Shown: piece by piece, positions 21,801 to 35,600 of the stretch
Numbering within the stretch: the first letter of the stretch is position 1
Layout of the letters: each line of letters begins with the position of its first letter
NCBI RefSeq assembly: GCF_032191835.1
Contig: NC_083243.1
Span: forward strand, 168,020,001 to 168,084,000
From: Heteronotia binoei
Taxonomy: Eukaryota
Direction of reading: 5' to 3'
DNA length: 64,000 bases
Program-made: the position numbers and the translations under genes
Notes under the pieces: generated by a model
What the model saw: the letters and a program-made list of their open reading frames with translations, nothing else
Databases searched by the model: none
Told to the model about the DNA's origin: nothing

Positions 21801-22947
21801 TTCTTAGGAGCAGTTATTGCAAAGTGCAAAGGCTTCTTGCTTCGGAATAGTTTAGACTTAGAGGCACACTCCACAGACAGGAAAGTACAAACATGCCCTT
21901 TGTCCTTATAATTTTCTGTGCTTGTATTTGAGTAAAAAATGTCAGATACGATGCTCTGATTTCTGAACCTGTCTCAAACTTCATATTGGACAAAATTCAA
22001 CCATAATTCATCACTTTTAAGTTCCATTGAACTCAACAGCAGAAAGTTAAAGGATGTGCTTGAAATAAGGGGGGTTTAAATCATGAGTTGCACTCACTGT
22101 CTTTTACATCTGACATGACTTTTTTCTTTGGATGGGTTTATCCTTTTGTGTTTGTGTGCTTTTGACTTGCACTAAAACTAGCAGTCAGGATTCTGATGGT
22201 GAAATCATTTAAGTTTCTCTGGGGATGGTGTTGCTTTGGGTAAAGGCAGTGGCACAAGCTTGAAGTAATCTGTTGTTATACCAGGATGTAAGCATAAAAA
22301 CTTATACTGAAACTTTAGTAAGGTTCATGAATATGGGGACATTCAGCTCTGTATCTGAATCTCTGAATTTGCAGCGGAAAGTAAACTTTGACTGGACTCC
22401 CAGAGAATGCAATTAAACTCTATTTGTATACAAAAAAAAATTGTGACTTGTAAGGACTGGATGTCAATAAATTTTATTTCTGATAAATATCTATGATGCT
22501 TTGAAAACTGTTATAAAAGTGATACAAACTGATTTGAAAGAATTTAGTCTCTGGGTATAGGGTAAATTGGTTTGAAAGAAAAGACTCCCTCCCTCAAAAA
22601 AATCTTACTTCCTGATCTAGTTAATTTCACTCCAGAAAGTAACGATTTTTTTAACAGCTAGAAGATACTGGCTTAGAGGCATATGAAGGGGTTGCTGGCT
22701 AGATAGAGGAAGCACTGTGGAAATGAGCGCATATAAAACTTGTTCATAGGAACTGAGCCAGTATCTTGAATGGTAGCATTTTTAGTATGAATTTTAATAT
22801 CTTTCAAGACACTAAAATGTTTTGAAAGTTCCAAAAGTGCTCTGCCATGCTTATGATGGAAGGTAGGAGGCAAGTTGTACCTTCAAGACCCAAAAAATTT
22901 TATTCAGAATGTAAGCTTTCATGTGCTAGAAGCACACTTCATCAGAC

Positions 22948-24450
22948 TTTGGGTAAAGTTATTGAGAGGGCAGTGGCAGGAGTTCTTGGATGACACTTCC
23001 GTACTGGACCCATTTCAGTCTGGCTTTCGGCCGGGTCACAGGACGGAGATGGTACTGGTTGCCCTCATGGATGATCTCTTGAGACATCTGGTTGGGGCGG
23101 CTCAGCAGTGCTGCTGTTACTAGACCTGTCAGCTGCATTTGATACAGTCGACCACCAGCTACTCTTTCGCCACCGTGCTGGGGATCTGCCCTTCAATGGC
23201 TTACCTCCTTTCTCCAAGGCCGAGGACAAAGGGTGGTTATAGGGGAACAGCTGTCCCAGAGACACCCACTGATATGCAGTGTGCCTCAGGGGGCGGTTCT
23301 CTCCCCAATGTTCTTTAACATCTACACGTGCCCCCTTGCCCAGATAGTCCAGAGATACGGGCTGGGTTGCCACCAATATGCAGATGACACCCAGCTCTAT
23401 CTATTGATGGGCCAATCCAGCTGTGCCCTGGAAGATCTGGACCTAGCTTTACAAGCCGTAGTGAAACGACTCAGGCAGATGGACTGAAGCTGAATCCAGC
23501 AAAGACAGAGATCCTGTGTCAAAGTCGCAGCAGCCTGGGTGGAAAGATCACTCTGCCAGCCTTTGATGGGACACCTTTTGTGCCAGCCTCAAAGATCAAG
23601 AGCTTAGGGGTGCTCCTGGAGCTGTTGCTGGTAATGGAGGCCCAGGTAGCAGCCACTGCCAAATCCGCATTTTATCATCTTAGATGGATAAGGCAGTTGG
23701 CCCCATACCTAGAGTGCAATGACTAGGCAACAGTGATCCATACGACGATCACCTTGAGAATTGACTACTGTAACACCCTCTTTATAGTGCTGCCCTTGAC
23801 TCAAATTTGGAGGCTGCAACTTTTGCAAAATGCAACAGCCATATTGTTAATGGAGCTACCTGTATGGGTGCACATTCAGCCTGTGCTGGAAACATTGCAT
23901 TGGTTGCCTGTGGTGTTCCGGATTCGCTTCAAGGTGCTGGTCATAACCTTTAAAGCCCTAGATGGCCTGGGACCTGCTTACCTTTGGGACTGCCTCTCCC
24001 CATATGAGCCCCAGAGAGCGCTTTGTTCAGGGTCCCAAAGCCACCTTAAGATCCCTGGACTGAAAGAGGCTTGACTGTCCATCGCCAGAGCGTTTTCAGT
24101 AATAGCCCCTGCTCTGTGGAATGCCCTTCCTGAAAACACCAGGGCCCTGCAGGACCTGCCACATTTCTGCAGGGCCTGTAAAACCGAATTATATAAACTT
24201 GCCTTTAGAGGTTGAAGCGAGGTAGCTATTACTCCACGGCATCGATAATCCCACCGAATCATCATAACTGAAGTAAGAACATTCAGAGTAATTAAAACAC
24301 ACACATCTTGGTTTCATGATTGTAAATTGTACTGGTTGATTTTATTGCGTAATCTGTTTTTAATGTTTTATATGGTTTAATTTGCTGTTGCTAGCCGCCC
24401 TGAGGCCGCCAGGGGAGGGCGGGATATAAATTTGATAAAATAAATAAATA
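22948..24450 (+). mobile_element. Degenerate 5'-truncated L2 LINE (same family as 11158-13745)
   Basis: QSGFRPGHRTE, CHQYADDTQLY and LHWLPVVFRIRFK motifs with stops and frameshifts; L2 tail gccgccctgag...ggatataaat...taaataaata. Confidence 0.9.
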
Positions 24451-24632
24451 GGATGGAATGGCAAACAGTCCTAAATATAAACTGGGCAGTGAATTAGTAT
24501 GCAAAATCATGGAAATGTTTGTTATCAGATTAAAAGTATCACAATTTGAGGTCTGGTGATTGTTAGTTTATGTTAACTGGGCTGTATCAACAAGGGGGCA
24601 ATATAATATAACATAATACCATTCCATCCTAT

Positions 24633-24671
24633 TGTCTGATGAAGTGTGCTTCTAGCACATGAAAGCTTACA
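24633..24671 (+). ncRNA. Minimal type I hammerhead ribozyme-like motif
   Basis: UGU-CUGAUGA-A-GUGUGC(UUCUA)GCACAU-GAAA-GC-UU-ACA: complete core, 6-bp stem II, 3-bp stem I, stem III reduced to palindromic AGCU. Confidence 0.6.
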
Positions 24672-26448
24672 TTCTGAATAAAACTTTGTTGGTCTTAAAG
24701 GTGCACTTGATTCCTACTTTGTTCTATTGCCTCAGACCAACACGGCTGCCCACTTGGATCGATCTATGATGGAAGGTATTCAATATAAGCCAGTGGCAAA
24801 ATATGCATGTCTCCTACAGCATGATGTCCACACTGCTGGAGGTTTGTTTTAGGTTTTCCTTGATACAGTGTGAAGGGTTACAAAACTGGTTTGACAAATG
24901 ACACCTGTGGACTCTGTATACAGTGTTTCCAGGAAAAAAATATGTACATAACCATAAGACTATATTCAGTGATGCCTATAGTTTGTAACCTATCCACCCT
25001 CTTCCCTCAAGTACATACATTTCTCCATTTCTTCTATATGCATTTAGTTGCAAAATACTGTGGATTTGGAACTCTATAGTTATTTAACCATTTGCTGAGT
25101 AACCAGTTAATGCCTTTAAACACTGTTGCAAGTACTTAAATCTGTTATAAGACATGTAAAATTTGTCTCAGTGCCTCAGAAAGATGAGATAGGTTGCATA
25201 CCCTCAAACTACTAATTGAGATTATTAAATGATTTCTGTGTAACTGAAAAATCACCCTATCAACTGCATGCAAATAACTTTTTAATCCCAATGTAAAGTA
25301 TAATAGATGATTTGTCTTTCCTATATAACTTCCATCAGTTTTTAAAAAATGACATTGCCTTCCTTGTCTGGGGGAATCAAAGTGGTGAAATATTTCAACT
25401 GGAGTATGGTTACTTTCAATTTTTCTGTGTCATTTTGTATTGATGGGCACTGCGTTAACTCAAGATGCAAAATGTCAGCCAGCTTTTAGACTCTGAACTG
25501 TAGCTCACATTGCCTTAATTGTATACAAATCTCCAAATACAAATCACATGTTCCTTGTTGCAGGTATGGTTATCCCTTATATTTTTATTATACACCCAGT
25601 TATTGGCATGCCTTACAAGTAACAGATATATAAGAATAGATACAACTTAGAAATTATATTACATTTGAATTCAGACAAAACAACAGAACTCATAATTTAC
25701 AACTGGCTTCTATGTCTGCTCAATTACAGCTCATCTATAAATCATCATCATATTAATACTCCAGTTTAGCCAGTAATATATATAATACAAGCATATGCCA
25801 TTTTGCTTGGAAACAATCAAAAAGAGGAGCCCTGCTTCAAACATTAGTGTGTTCCCTGCTTTTTAATCACCACTCTTTCTTGGGTAGCTAAAACCATCCA
25901 GCCAGCTGTGTGAGGGCCATACTGTGTGCATGTGTGCGTGGCTGCTGAAACTTTCTGAAGGTTCAGCTCATGTTTCCGGAAATCCCAGCTGGTAGTGGTT
26001 GCCGGGGTCATAATATTTTGGGGTAGCCAAATAGGAATAACCAATCTTGCAAGGTGCAGCAGTCCTAGTTTTTAAGTTGTTATTGATTGAAAGAGCTGGC
26101 ACTATCAGTGCTACTAAGACTTAAAAGTCTAACAGGATCTTTTAGATCATATTGGGACACTCAGAAATCCCGTTTGAACTTTGCTTGGACTTGAAAAACA
26201 GATCATTGTTAACTTGTTAACAGATCATTGAGATGAGTGGAAGACAGATATTCTACTTCTTGGTATGTAGGAAAAGTAGTATGTTATATTCACATTGAAG
26301 AAAGTAAAAATAAGTTGCAGTTGGTATTCATGGTGACTAAGTAACAAACTGGGATTTTATTGGTACTCTTCCTCCTCTCATTTTCTCTTTTATTGAATTC
26401 TGCCTGTGCCTGCAGGAAGAAAATGAACTTCATGAAATTCAACCTGAC

Positions 26449-26449
26449 A

Positions 26450-26532
<83 letters not shown>
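26449..26532. repeat. (AAAG)21 microsatellite
   Basis: 84 nt of perfect repeat. Confidence 0.98.
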
Positions 26533-26534
<2 letters not shown>

Positions 26535-26752
26535 CACCTGCATGGTGATATTACTTTTGTTTCCCACAGATCCTGAATTTAAAGGACTAGTGATGCTACA
26601 GATTTAAGTGTATTTCAAAGATTCTGAACTCCAGCTGCCCCACCCCCAAAGAAAGTGGTTTAAATATATGGTAAATGTATGCACCCTAATTCTGTGGTTT
26701 ACTATCCAATAAAGTACATAGCATAGAGTTATTCATACCTGTTAGGGAGATT

Positions 26753-26841
26753 TTATAGCTGTTGCGCAGAACACAAATCATAGTCACTGTCAGAGGAGTA
26801 CTCTAAAGGGTTGGAAGATCTATAGGCTGCCCCTTCCAGAG
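26753..26841 (-). CDS. CD5: CD5 last coding exon
   Basis: cttatcatag|CT; ALEGAAYRSSNPLEYSSDSDYDLCSAQQL*. Confidence 0.95.
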
Positions 26842-29800
26842 CTATGATAAGAAACAAGCATTCTTAGCGTCAAAAGCTGCTACATCCTAGAGAAATGCCA
26901 AGTGTAGAGACGAAGGGCCAAACCAGACACAATAGAAAAACCCATGTTTAATTGTGCTTTTTGTTTGTTTGTTTTAAAACAAAAGCCCAGCAGGAACTTA
27001 TTTGAATATTAAGCCATACCCCCTGATGTCACCATTGTTTCACACAGAGCTTTTAAAAAAATATTAGGCCACACCCCCTGATGCCAAGCCAGCTGGAACT
27101 GCATTCCTGTGTGTTCCTGCCAAAAAAAAAGCCCTGTGTGTAATTTATTCATGCTTTCCCCCCATTCATGTGGAAGGTGGAGAAGGCGGAGTCTGTGTTG
27201 TTCCCCCTCCCCGAAATGGAGCACTTGAGCAAGAGGAGCTTAAACCCTGCACGCTCTTTCCCTGATCAGCCACTTGTGTCTCATGTAAAGTTTCTCCTGA
27301 GGATCAGAGAACCTTTCAGAGTGGAGTCTGATGTTATATGGAGGTGTGCTACTACCAGGGATGGGGGAATTGCTGAGGACCCACCTTCCCTCTTGCCCTC
27401 TGCAAGCTTAAGCAGATCTTTGTATGCAAGGTGTTATTTCTCATGTTAGAATCTGCCCAGCACCTCAAGTATATTAATTAGAGAAAGGTGGGTAAGGAAT
27501 AGAAAACATAATAATCACAGATATAATAAAAGCCTTACGGGTGACTCAATCCTCAATTTTTATTGAAAGTTGTGGCTAGCACAGGAGTGGCTTTGTACTC
27601 TGTCACCACTCCCCATGTCATTGGGTAGCCTTGCTGTGACCCGCCTACTGCTGGCCCTGTCAGGCCAGAACCTCATCAGTCAGCCTCTGACCTCTGATGA
27701 AGACAGTTGTCTGCTGAGAGGTTCTCCTGGAGCCTTACTGATTACTATTGCCTTTCCTCAGTCCATCTCCCCCCCTCCCAAAACAATGCTGCCACCATTT
27801 TTCCGCCTCCATCTAACACTGCCCGCCAAAGCTGCACTCACCCAGTACACTCCCCCCACCCCTACTGTTTAGGAAGTGAGGTATTTATATTTATAAATAT
27901 GCCAGAAAATCCTCAAGGGGCAGTATTCCACCTCTTCGTTTACAGCACAGTTTGTGGTTGAATCCAGTGTGAACTAATATCATGTGGCACACATACTTAT
28001 TTGAGTAATATTGAACATTGTTTAATAACTATATACATGGAAGCAAACTCTGACAGAAAACAGTTAAATTTCTTCAACAGAAAAGGAATGTTCCATCACA
28101 ATGGGGGGAGGAGCAGTTCAGCAGAGCAGATAAACAGGCTCTCTATACTCTATATTCTCTATACTCAAACCCCCTTTCGACCTGCAAATGGTTTTCACTC
28201 TTTCTAGTCAAATTAGGCTACAGTAGGCTGCTTGCTTTAAAAGGCAGGAAGCCATTTGAAGGCTCCCTTTCACTTCCTTCCACCTGCAAGTGGGAAGGGG
28301 TGAAAGGCAGGCTTCTAACAACTGCCTGCCTGCTTGCCTATCTTCCTGTCACTTCTCTGTCTCCCTCCCTTCCTTTCCCTTTATTTTATTCTTTTCTCCC
28401 AAACTTTAACACAACTCTCACTTCATTCATTCCTCTCATTCTTTCTCTGACTTTTTCTTTCATTCTGTCTATCTTCCTTCTCCTTTTTACTTCTCTCACA
28501 GGCCTCATTTTGGGCAGGAGCTCACAGAACTGGAGTTCCAGAACCTCTAAATTTTATTGTGATCTTTTTCTTAACCTCCCCCCCCCAAAAAAAATACTTG
28601 CTTCTGGGCTCCATTGTTCAAACCCCCTTTGAGAATTTTGCTGAACTCTTAAGATTTGACAAACTTTTTAATATTTTCCCCCACAAAAAATGGGGAAATA
28701 ACTAAAATATATAAAGCACACAGATAGAAATCTTTATCATGCCACTGTGGCCACACAGGAGAAGGCAATTTTAAAAGTATGATGGGAGTAAGATGACAAT
28801 TATAATTCAAGATGCATGTTAAAGTAGATGCTGAGCTGATATAATTTAGTCCCCCTTCTGGAGATTTCAGGGGTGTGTGGGATATTCAAGAGTTATGCAG
28901 ATGAGTTGTGCTAATGAGCTCTGGCACCTCTTCTTCTGCAAAATGACTCCTGCTCTCACTCCTTCCCCCCTCATTTTTCTACCACCTTTCTGTTCTTTCT
29001 CTGTATCTTTATATTTCATTCTGGCTGTGATCACACACACTAAATAATGCACTTTTAATTAGGGTTGCCAGGTCCAATTCAAGAAATATCTGGGGACTCT
29101 GGGCATGGGGTCAGGAGCAATGTTCCCTCTAAGCTGTGGAGTCTTGTGAGCAAAAATTCTACTTTGTGAGCTACTGGTAATAAAGTTGTGAGCTACTGCA
29201 TACATTATTGTGCTCTGGGGTCATCCTTCCTTAGCTAAGACAAAAAGATGTGAGCTTGAGGCTAAATATCTGGGAGCTAGCTCACACTAGCTTAGCTTAG
29301 AGGGAACATTGGTCAGGAGACTTTGGAGGTGGAGCTAGGAGGCATCAGGGGTGGGGCCAGGAGCAAAGGTTTGGCAACAAGCATAATTGAACTGCAAAGG
29401 GAGTTTTGGCCATCACATTTAAAGGTACCACACACCTTTTAAATGCCTTCCCTCCATTGGAAATAATGAAAGATACCCCTACCTTTTGGGGGGCTCAGAG
29501 AATTGGACCCCCTGGTTGAATCTTTTTGAAACTTGGACACTTTTTTGAGGAGAGGCACCAAATGCTATGCTGCAAATCTGGTGCCTCTACCTTAAAAAAC
29601 AACTCCCCTAGAGCCCCAGATACCCACAGATCAATTCTCCACTATACCCTATGGAAATTGGTCGCCATAGGGAATAATGGAGTACCCAACAGACATTTCC
29701 CTCCCCCACACACACTTTCTGATGACCCTAAAGCAGGGGAGGGCCTCAAAACTGGGGGATCCCCTGCACCCACCTGAGGATTGGCAACCCTACTTTCAAT

Positions 29801-32656
29801 CCACTTCCAGTGAACTTTCTAACTGGGTTTTACTTTGGGTTGAAATAGAGGGCCCAAAAGGCAATTTAACTATGGGAGTTTGTTATCACACACCAAATCA
29901 AAAGATAGAGGATGACTATAATATGATGGAAGGCTTAAAGATGGTGGCTAGACGTAAAAACTGTGTCATCATAGGTGATTTTAACTACCCGCAGATTGAT
30001 TGGGTCAATATGAGTTCTGGTCGAGAGACAGAGATTGAGTTTCTAGATGCTCTCAGTGACTGTGCTATGGAGCAGATGGTCACAGAAACTACCAGGGGTG
30101 GGGCGATCCTGGATTTGGTCCTAAGTAATGCCCACGATTTAGTGAGAGATGTAAAAGTGATCGCATTGCTTGGGAGCAGTGACCATAACGTTATTGATTT
30201 CACCATTTGTATAAATAGAGAGTTGCTCCAAAAGACCGGCACAACCATATTTAACTTTAAAAGGGGTAAATTCTCTGAGATGAGGAGGCATGTGAAGAGA
30301 AAACTGAAAGGAAAGGTAAATACAGTCAAAACCCTTGGGGAAGCTTGGAGGCTATTTAAAACTACAATCCTAGAAGCTCAGATAAAATATATACCACAAG
30401 TTAGGAAAGGCACAAACAGGTATAAGAGAAGGCCTGCACGGTTAACAAACAAAGTAATGGAAGCTGTAAAAGGTAAGAAGGACTCCTTTAAGTGGTGGAA
30501 GGCTAATCCAAGTGAAATTAATAAAAGGGAACACAGGCAGTGGCAAATCAAATGCAAGGCTGTGATCAGGCAGGCAAAAAGGGACTATGAGGAGCATATT
30601 GCAAAAAACATAAAGACCAACAATAAAAATTTCTTCAAATATATTAGAAGCAGGAAACCAGCCAGGGAGGCAGTGGGGCCCTTGGATGACCAAGGGGGTC
30701 AAAGGATTACTGAAGGAAGATAGGGAAATGGCTGAGAAGCTGAATGCATTTTTTGCCTCCGTCTTCACTGTGGAAGATGAGAAGTGTTTGCCTGCTCCAG
30801 AACCACTTATATTGGAAGGGGTGCTGAAAGACCTGAGTCAGATTGAGGTGACAAGAAAGGAGGTCCTACAACTGATAGACAAATTAAGAACTAATAAGTC
30901 ACCAGGTCCGGATGGCATACATCCAAGAGTTCTGAACGAACTCAAAGTTGAACTTGTGGATCTTTTGACAAAAATATGTAATCTTTCATTGAAATCTGCC
31001 TCTGTTCCTGAGGACTGGAAGGTAGCAAATGCCACCCCCATCTTTAAAAAGGGTTCCAGAGGAGATCCGGGTAACTACAGGCCAGTCAGTCTGACTTCAA
31101 TACCGGGAAAGTTGGTAGAAAACATTATCAAGGACAGAATGAGTAGGCACATTGATGAACACGAGTTATTGAGGAAGTCTCAGCATGGGTTCTGTAAGGG
31201 AAGATCTTGCCTCACTAACCTGTTACATTTCTTTGAGGGGGTGAACAAACATGTGGACAAAGGAGACCCAATAGATGTTGTTTAACTTGACTTCCAGAAA
31301 GCTTTTGATAAAGTTCCTCATCAAAGGCTCCTTAGTAAGCTCGAGAGTCATGGAGTAAAAGGACAGGTCCTCTTGTGGATCAAAAACTGGCCAGTTTGGT
31401 GTAGTGGTTAAGTGTGCGGACTCTTATCTGGGAGAACCGGGTTTGATTCCCCACTCCTCCACTTGCACCTGCTGGAATGGCCTTGGGTCAGCCAGAGCTC
31501 TGGCAGAGGTTGTCCTTGAAAGGGCAGCTGCTGTGAGAGCCCTCTCCAGCCCCACCCACCTCACAGGGTGTCTGTTGTGGGGGAGGAAGGTAAAGGAGAT
31601 TGTGAGCCGCTCTGAGACTCTTCGGAGTGGAGGGCGGGATATAAATCCAATATCTTCTTCTTCTTCTTCTAATTAACAGGAAGCAGAGAGTGAGTATGAA
31701 TGGGCAGTCTTTGTAGTGGAGGACGGTAAGCAGTGGAGTGCCGCAGGGCTCAGTACTGGGTCTCATGCTCTTTAACTTGTTCTTAAATGATTTGGAGTTG
31801 AGAGTAGGCAGTGAAGTGGCCAAGTTTGCAGATGACACTAAATTGTTCAGGGTGGTAAGAACCAGAGAGGATTGTTAGGAACTCCAAAGGGATCTGTTGA
31901 GGCTGGGTGAGTGGGCGTCAACGTGGCAGATGATGTTCAATGTGGCCAAGTGCAAAGTAATGCACATTGGGGCCAAGAATCCCAGCTACAAATACAAGTT
32001 GATGGGGTGTGAACTGGCAGAGACTGATCAAGAGAGAGATCTTGGGGTTGTGGTAGATAACTCACTGAAAATGTCAAGACAGTGTACGATTGCAATAAAA
32101 AAGGCCAACGCCATGTTGGGAATTATTAGGAAGGGAATTGAAAACAAATCAGCCAGTATCATAATGCCCCTGTATAAATCGATGGTGCGGTCTCATTTGG
32201 AATACTGTGTGCAATTCTGGTCACCACACCTCAAAAAGGATATTATAGCATTGGAAAAAGTCCAGAAAAGGGCAACTAGAATGATTAAAGGTTTGGAACA
32301 CTTTCCCTATGAAGAAAGGTTAAAACGCTTGAGGCTCTTTAGCTTGGAGAAACGTCGACTGTGCGGTGACATGATAGAGGTTTACAAGATTATGCATGGG
32401 ATGGAGAAGATAGAGAAATAAGTACTTTTCTCCCTTTCTCACAATACAAGAACTCGTGGGCATTCAATGAAATTGCTGAGCAGTTGGGTTAGAATGGATA
32501 AAAGGAGGTACTTCTTCACCCAAAGGGTGATTAACATGCGGAATTCACTGCCACAGGAGGTGGTGGCGGCTACAAGCATAGCCAGCTTCAAGAGGGGGTT
32601 AGATAAAAATATGGAGCAGAGGTCCATCAGTGGCTATTAGCCACAGTGTGTATATA

Positions 32657-32689
<33 letters not shown>

Positions 32690-35600
32690 TTTTTGGCCAC
32701 TGTGTGATACAGAGTGTTGGACTGGATGGGCCATTGGCCTGATCCAACATGGCTTCTCTTATGTTCTTATGTTCTTACTGTGTGGACTGGCAAAATCTAG
32801 ATGGAAAGTGCTTTGAAACTGGATTGAAATGGCATTATTTAATGTGTGTGATCGCAGCCTCTGTCTGTCTACCTTCCTTTCTTCCATTTCTCTTTGGCTG
32901 TTTCTACACTTGGCAGAAAATACTGTCTGTGCATATTTAAAAGTAATCATTTACATTGCGTATTCTTCTGTCTTGCTTTGCAATTTCTTAAGTCTTTTAA
33001 ATTTATTTTTTTGAATGGGCAACAAAAACGCTTTCACCCTGGAGTTGCCCTGCAGTTCTCAAGTGTACTTTTGAACAGGAGTTTTCCTGAACAGCAGATC
33101 TAACTTTGTAATTGTAGAACTTTCCCTCCAAGTTTTAAAACTCCTCCCCAAAGCCCCATCCAACGTTCACTTGCGAGAGAACTGATTCAGGAAGTCACTA
33201 GGTGCGCTGCTCAGAAGTGCGTTGACTTCTGAAGTGTGTGCTCTCCTCCAAGCAGGACTTCCTTCACAAGGAAAGCCCAGCTCAGAGGAGAATGCCCCTG
33301 CCTGGCTGCTGTTGTTTTCAAGGTGAAGGCAGCTGGGCAGGGCTTTGGTGTAGCTTCTCTGAGCCGGGTTTCCCTTGCAAGGGAGGCCCAACTCAGAGGA
33401 GAATGTGCCCCGCCTGGCTGCTCTTGTCTTCAAGGTGAACGCAGCCAGGTGGAGCATCAGTGTGGCTTCTCTGAGCATAACTTGGAGGAGAACGCTTCCA
33501 CAGTGCACTCTCGGAGGTGCTCTGTGCCTCCTAGAGTGCACTGTGCAGGCCTGGCTCAGCTGCAGCCTGCCCATCCCTCCTTCCACACCGCTGTGCCTGT
33601 TCTCTCTATGGGCAGGGGTGCGACAGCAGGGCAGATGCAGTTGAGGGGCACAGGACAGGTGTTGGCCTGGGGTGCCCAAGGCCCTAGCACTGGGCGTGCC
33701 AGGGTCCTGGGCAGGTGAAAGAGATGGTGGCAAAGGAAGACAACCTCCAAATGGCTCAGTAGATCTGGAACAAAGCTGAATGGGGAAAGGATCTTTCACT
33801 CTTTTCTCTCCCATCTTTTCCCTACCATTCTCTCTCTCTCTTTCATTCTGTTTATCTGTCTTCCTTCCTTCCTGCCACCTACATATTCATCACACCCCTC
33901 CCGAATATTTTTTCTAGGGTCCGCTGTATTTCTTCCTACAACGGGTTTTACTGTAGCCTTCCCAAGCCTCCCGCCCTGGCGGGAGAATACTGGATTTTCA
34001 GCCTCTTTTCCCGCTTTCCATAACTCTGGAAGCGGGGGGAGGAAGGGGGAATGGCGCCAAGGAGCATTTGCGTCGTCCGGGGAGGAGGTGCTGAGCCTGG
34101 CAAGGGAAATCTTGAGAAGGGAGGCTGGCTCGCCAGCGAGCGGGTGGAGGTGGCTGCCGAACGCAGGCGGGTCTTGACGGACTCCAATGCCCGATGCTTC
34201 TCCTCCTCCCTTCCCTTCCCACCCAGCCCCGTTGCAGCAGCCGTTCTTCCTTTTCGCAAGCTGCTTCCCGCGCCCAGTCAGCTGGCTGGGGGGGGGGGAG
34301 GAGAGAAGCCCCGCCTGCAAAGGACCATGTGCCTTTGCACCTCCGGAGGCTTGATTGCAAGGCTCCACTTTGGGATGGTGTGACTGCTGCTGTAAAGAAG
34401 CTGGCAGCAACTCGTGAGTAGAAAGGCCAGTCCCTCGCTTCAGTTGCCAGAAAGGGGGGGGGGAGGGAGGAGGAGAGGGAAACGTCTTCATTATTCCCTA
34501 TGTGGAGATCAATTCTCATAGGGTATAATGGGGAATTAATCTGGAGGTTTTGGGGGCTCTGGGGGAGCTGTTTTTTGAGGTAGAGGCACCAAATTTTCAA
34601 TATAGTATCTAGTGCCTCTCCCCAAAGTACCCTCCAAGTTTCAAAACGATTGGACCAGGGGGTCCAATTCTATGAGCCCCAAAAGAAGGTGCCCCTATTC
34701 TTTGTTATTTCCTATAGAAGGAAGACATTTTAAAAAGTGTGCTGTCCCTTTAAATGTGATGGCCAGAACTCTCTTGGAGTTCAATTATGCTTGTCACACC
34801 CTTGTTCTTGGCTCCGCCCCAATGTCTCCTGGCTCCACCCCCAAAGTCTCCTGGCTCCTCCCCCAAAGTCCCCAGATATTTCTTGAATTGGACTTGGCAA
34901 CCCTATTTTACTGCTAGTTCATAATAATATATGAGGGACATTCTGGAACTCTTCCCTCAGGAAGAAGAGACTTTCCAATCATTGTGGGTGCCAAGGTTGT
35001 GAAATACAGATAACGTCTGGCAACTGGGAAACCTCCTGGTCAGTTTTGCAATTGACTATTCTTTTCAGGAACAAATCATATTTTAAGAGCTATTTCATTT
35101 CCATTTCTACAAATTGTAACCAGAATTATCATTGGGACTCTTTGAAATAACATGGACAAACCAGTGGTGGTACAAAAAAAGAGATCTTGTGCTATAGACA
35201 GAAAATTTTTTATACCCTGTTGATTTTTGCTACCTGGATACGGTGAGAGGTAAGAATTTTTGTTGAGGTCTTGAGCATAGCCTTTCTCCTCATCCTGAAT
35301 CCCTTGGCTTTCAGGTCGTGCATGGAAGGCTGAGGAGCTGTTGCGATGGAAGGAAACTAAAGAAAAGCATGGTCCAGAATTAGTAATTACTCCCTACCCA
35401 AAGCAATAATCAGTCTTACGCTCTAAACACATATTTTATACTCAGTTAAAAAACTGAAATTCAGAGCTGCATGCAGGGCTTTTCTTGCAGAAAAAGCCCA
35501 GCAGGAACTCATTTGCATATTAGGCCACACCCCCAGACATCATTATTGTTTTACACAGGTTTTTTTTGTAGAAAAAGCCCAGCACAAACTAATCTGCATA

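Larger units (their letters stand above)
22871..24765. mobile_element. Penelope-like terminal sequence as a head-to-head inverted pair (22871-22947 plus 24447-24461 on -, 24619-24765 on +), left arm split by an L2
   Basis: 24634-24683 is the exact reverse complement of 22898-22947; ccattccatcctatt pairs with aataggatggaatgg; tail ...ggtcttaaaggtgc...cagaccaacacggct resembles reptile Penelope-like termini (recalled, not searched). Confidence 0.7.

Noticed and set aside
27694-27720. CUGAUGA followed by a short stem as a hammerhead
   Set aside because: No GAAA after the stem and no stem I.
33167-34600. Several overlapping 200-230 aa ORFs
   Set aside because: GC-rich repeat/MITE DNA on both strands, with no domain motifs or splice support.
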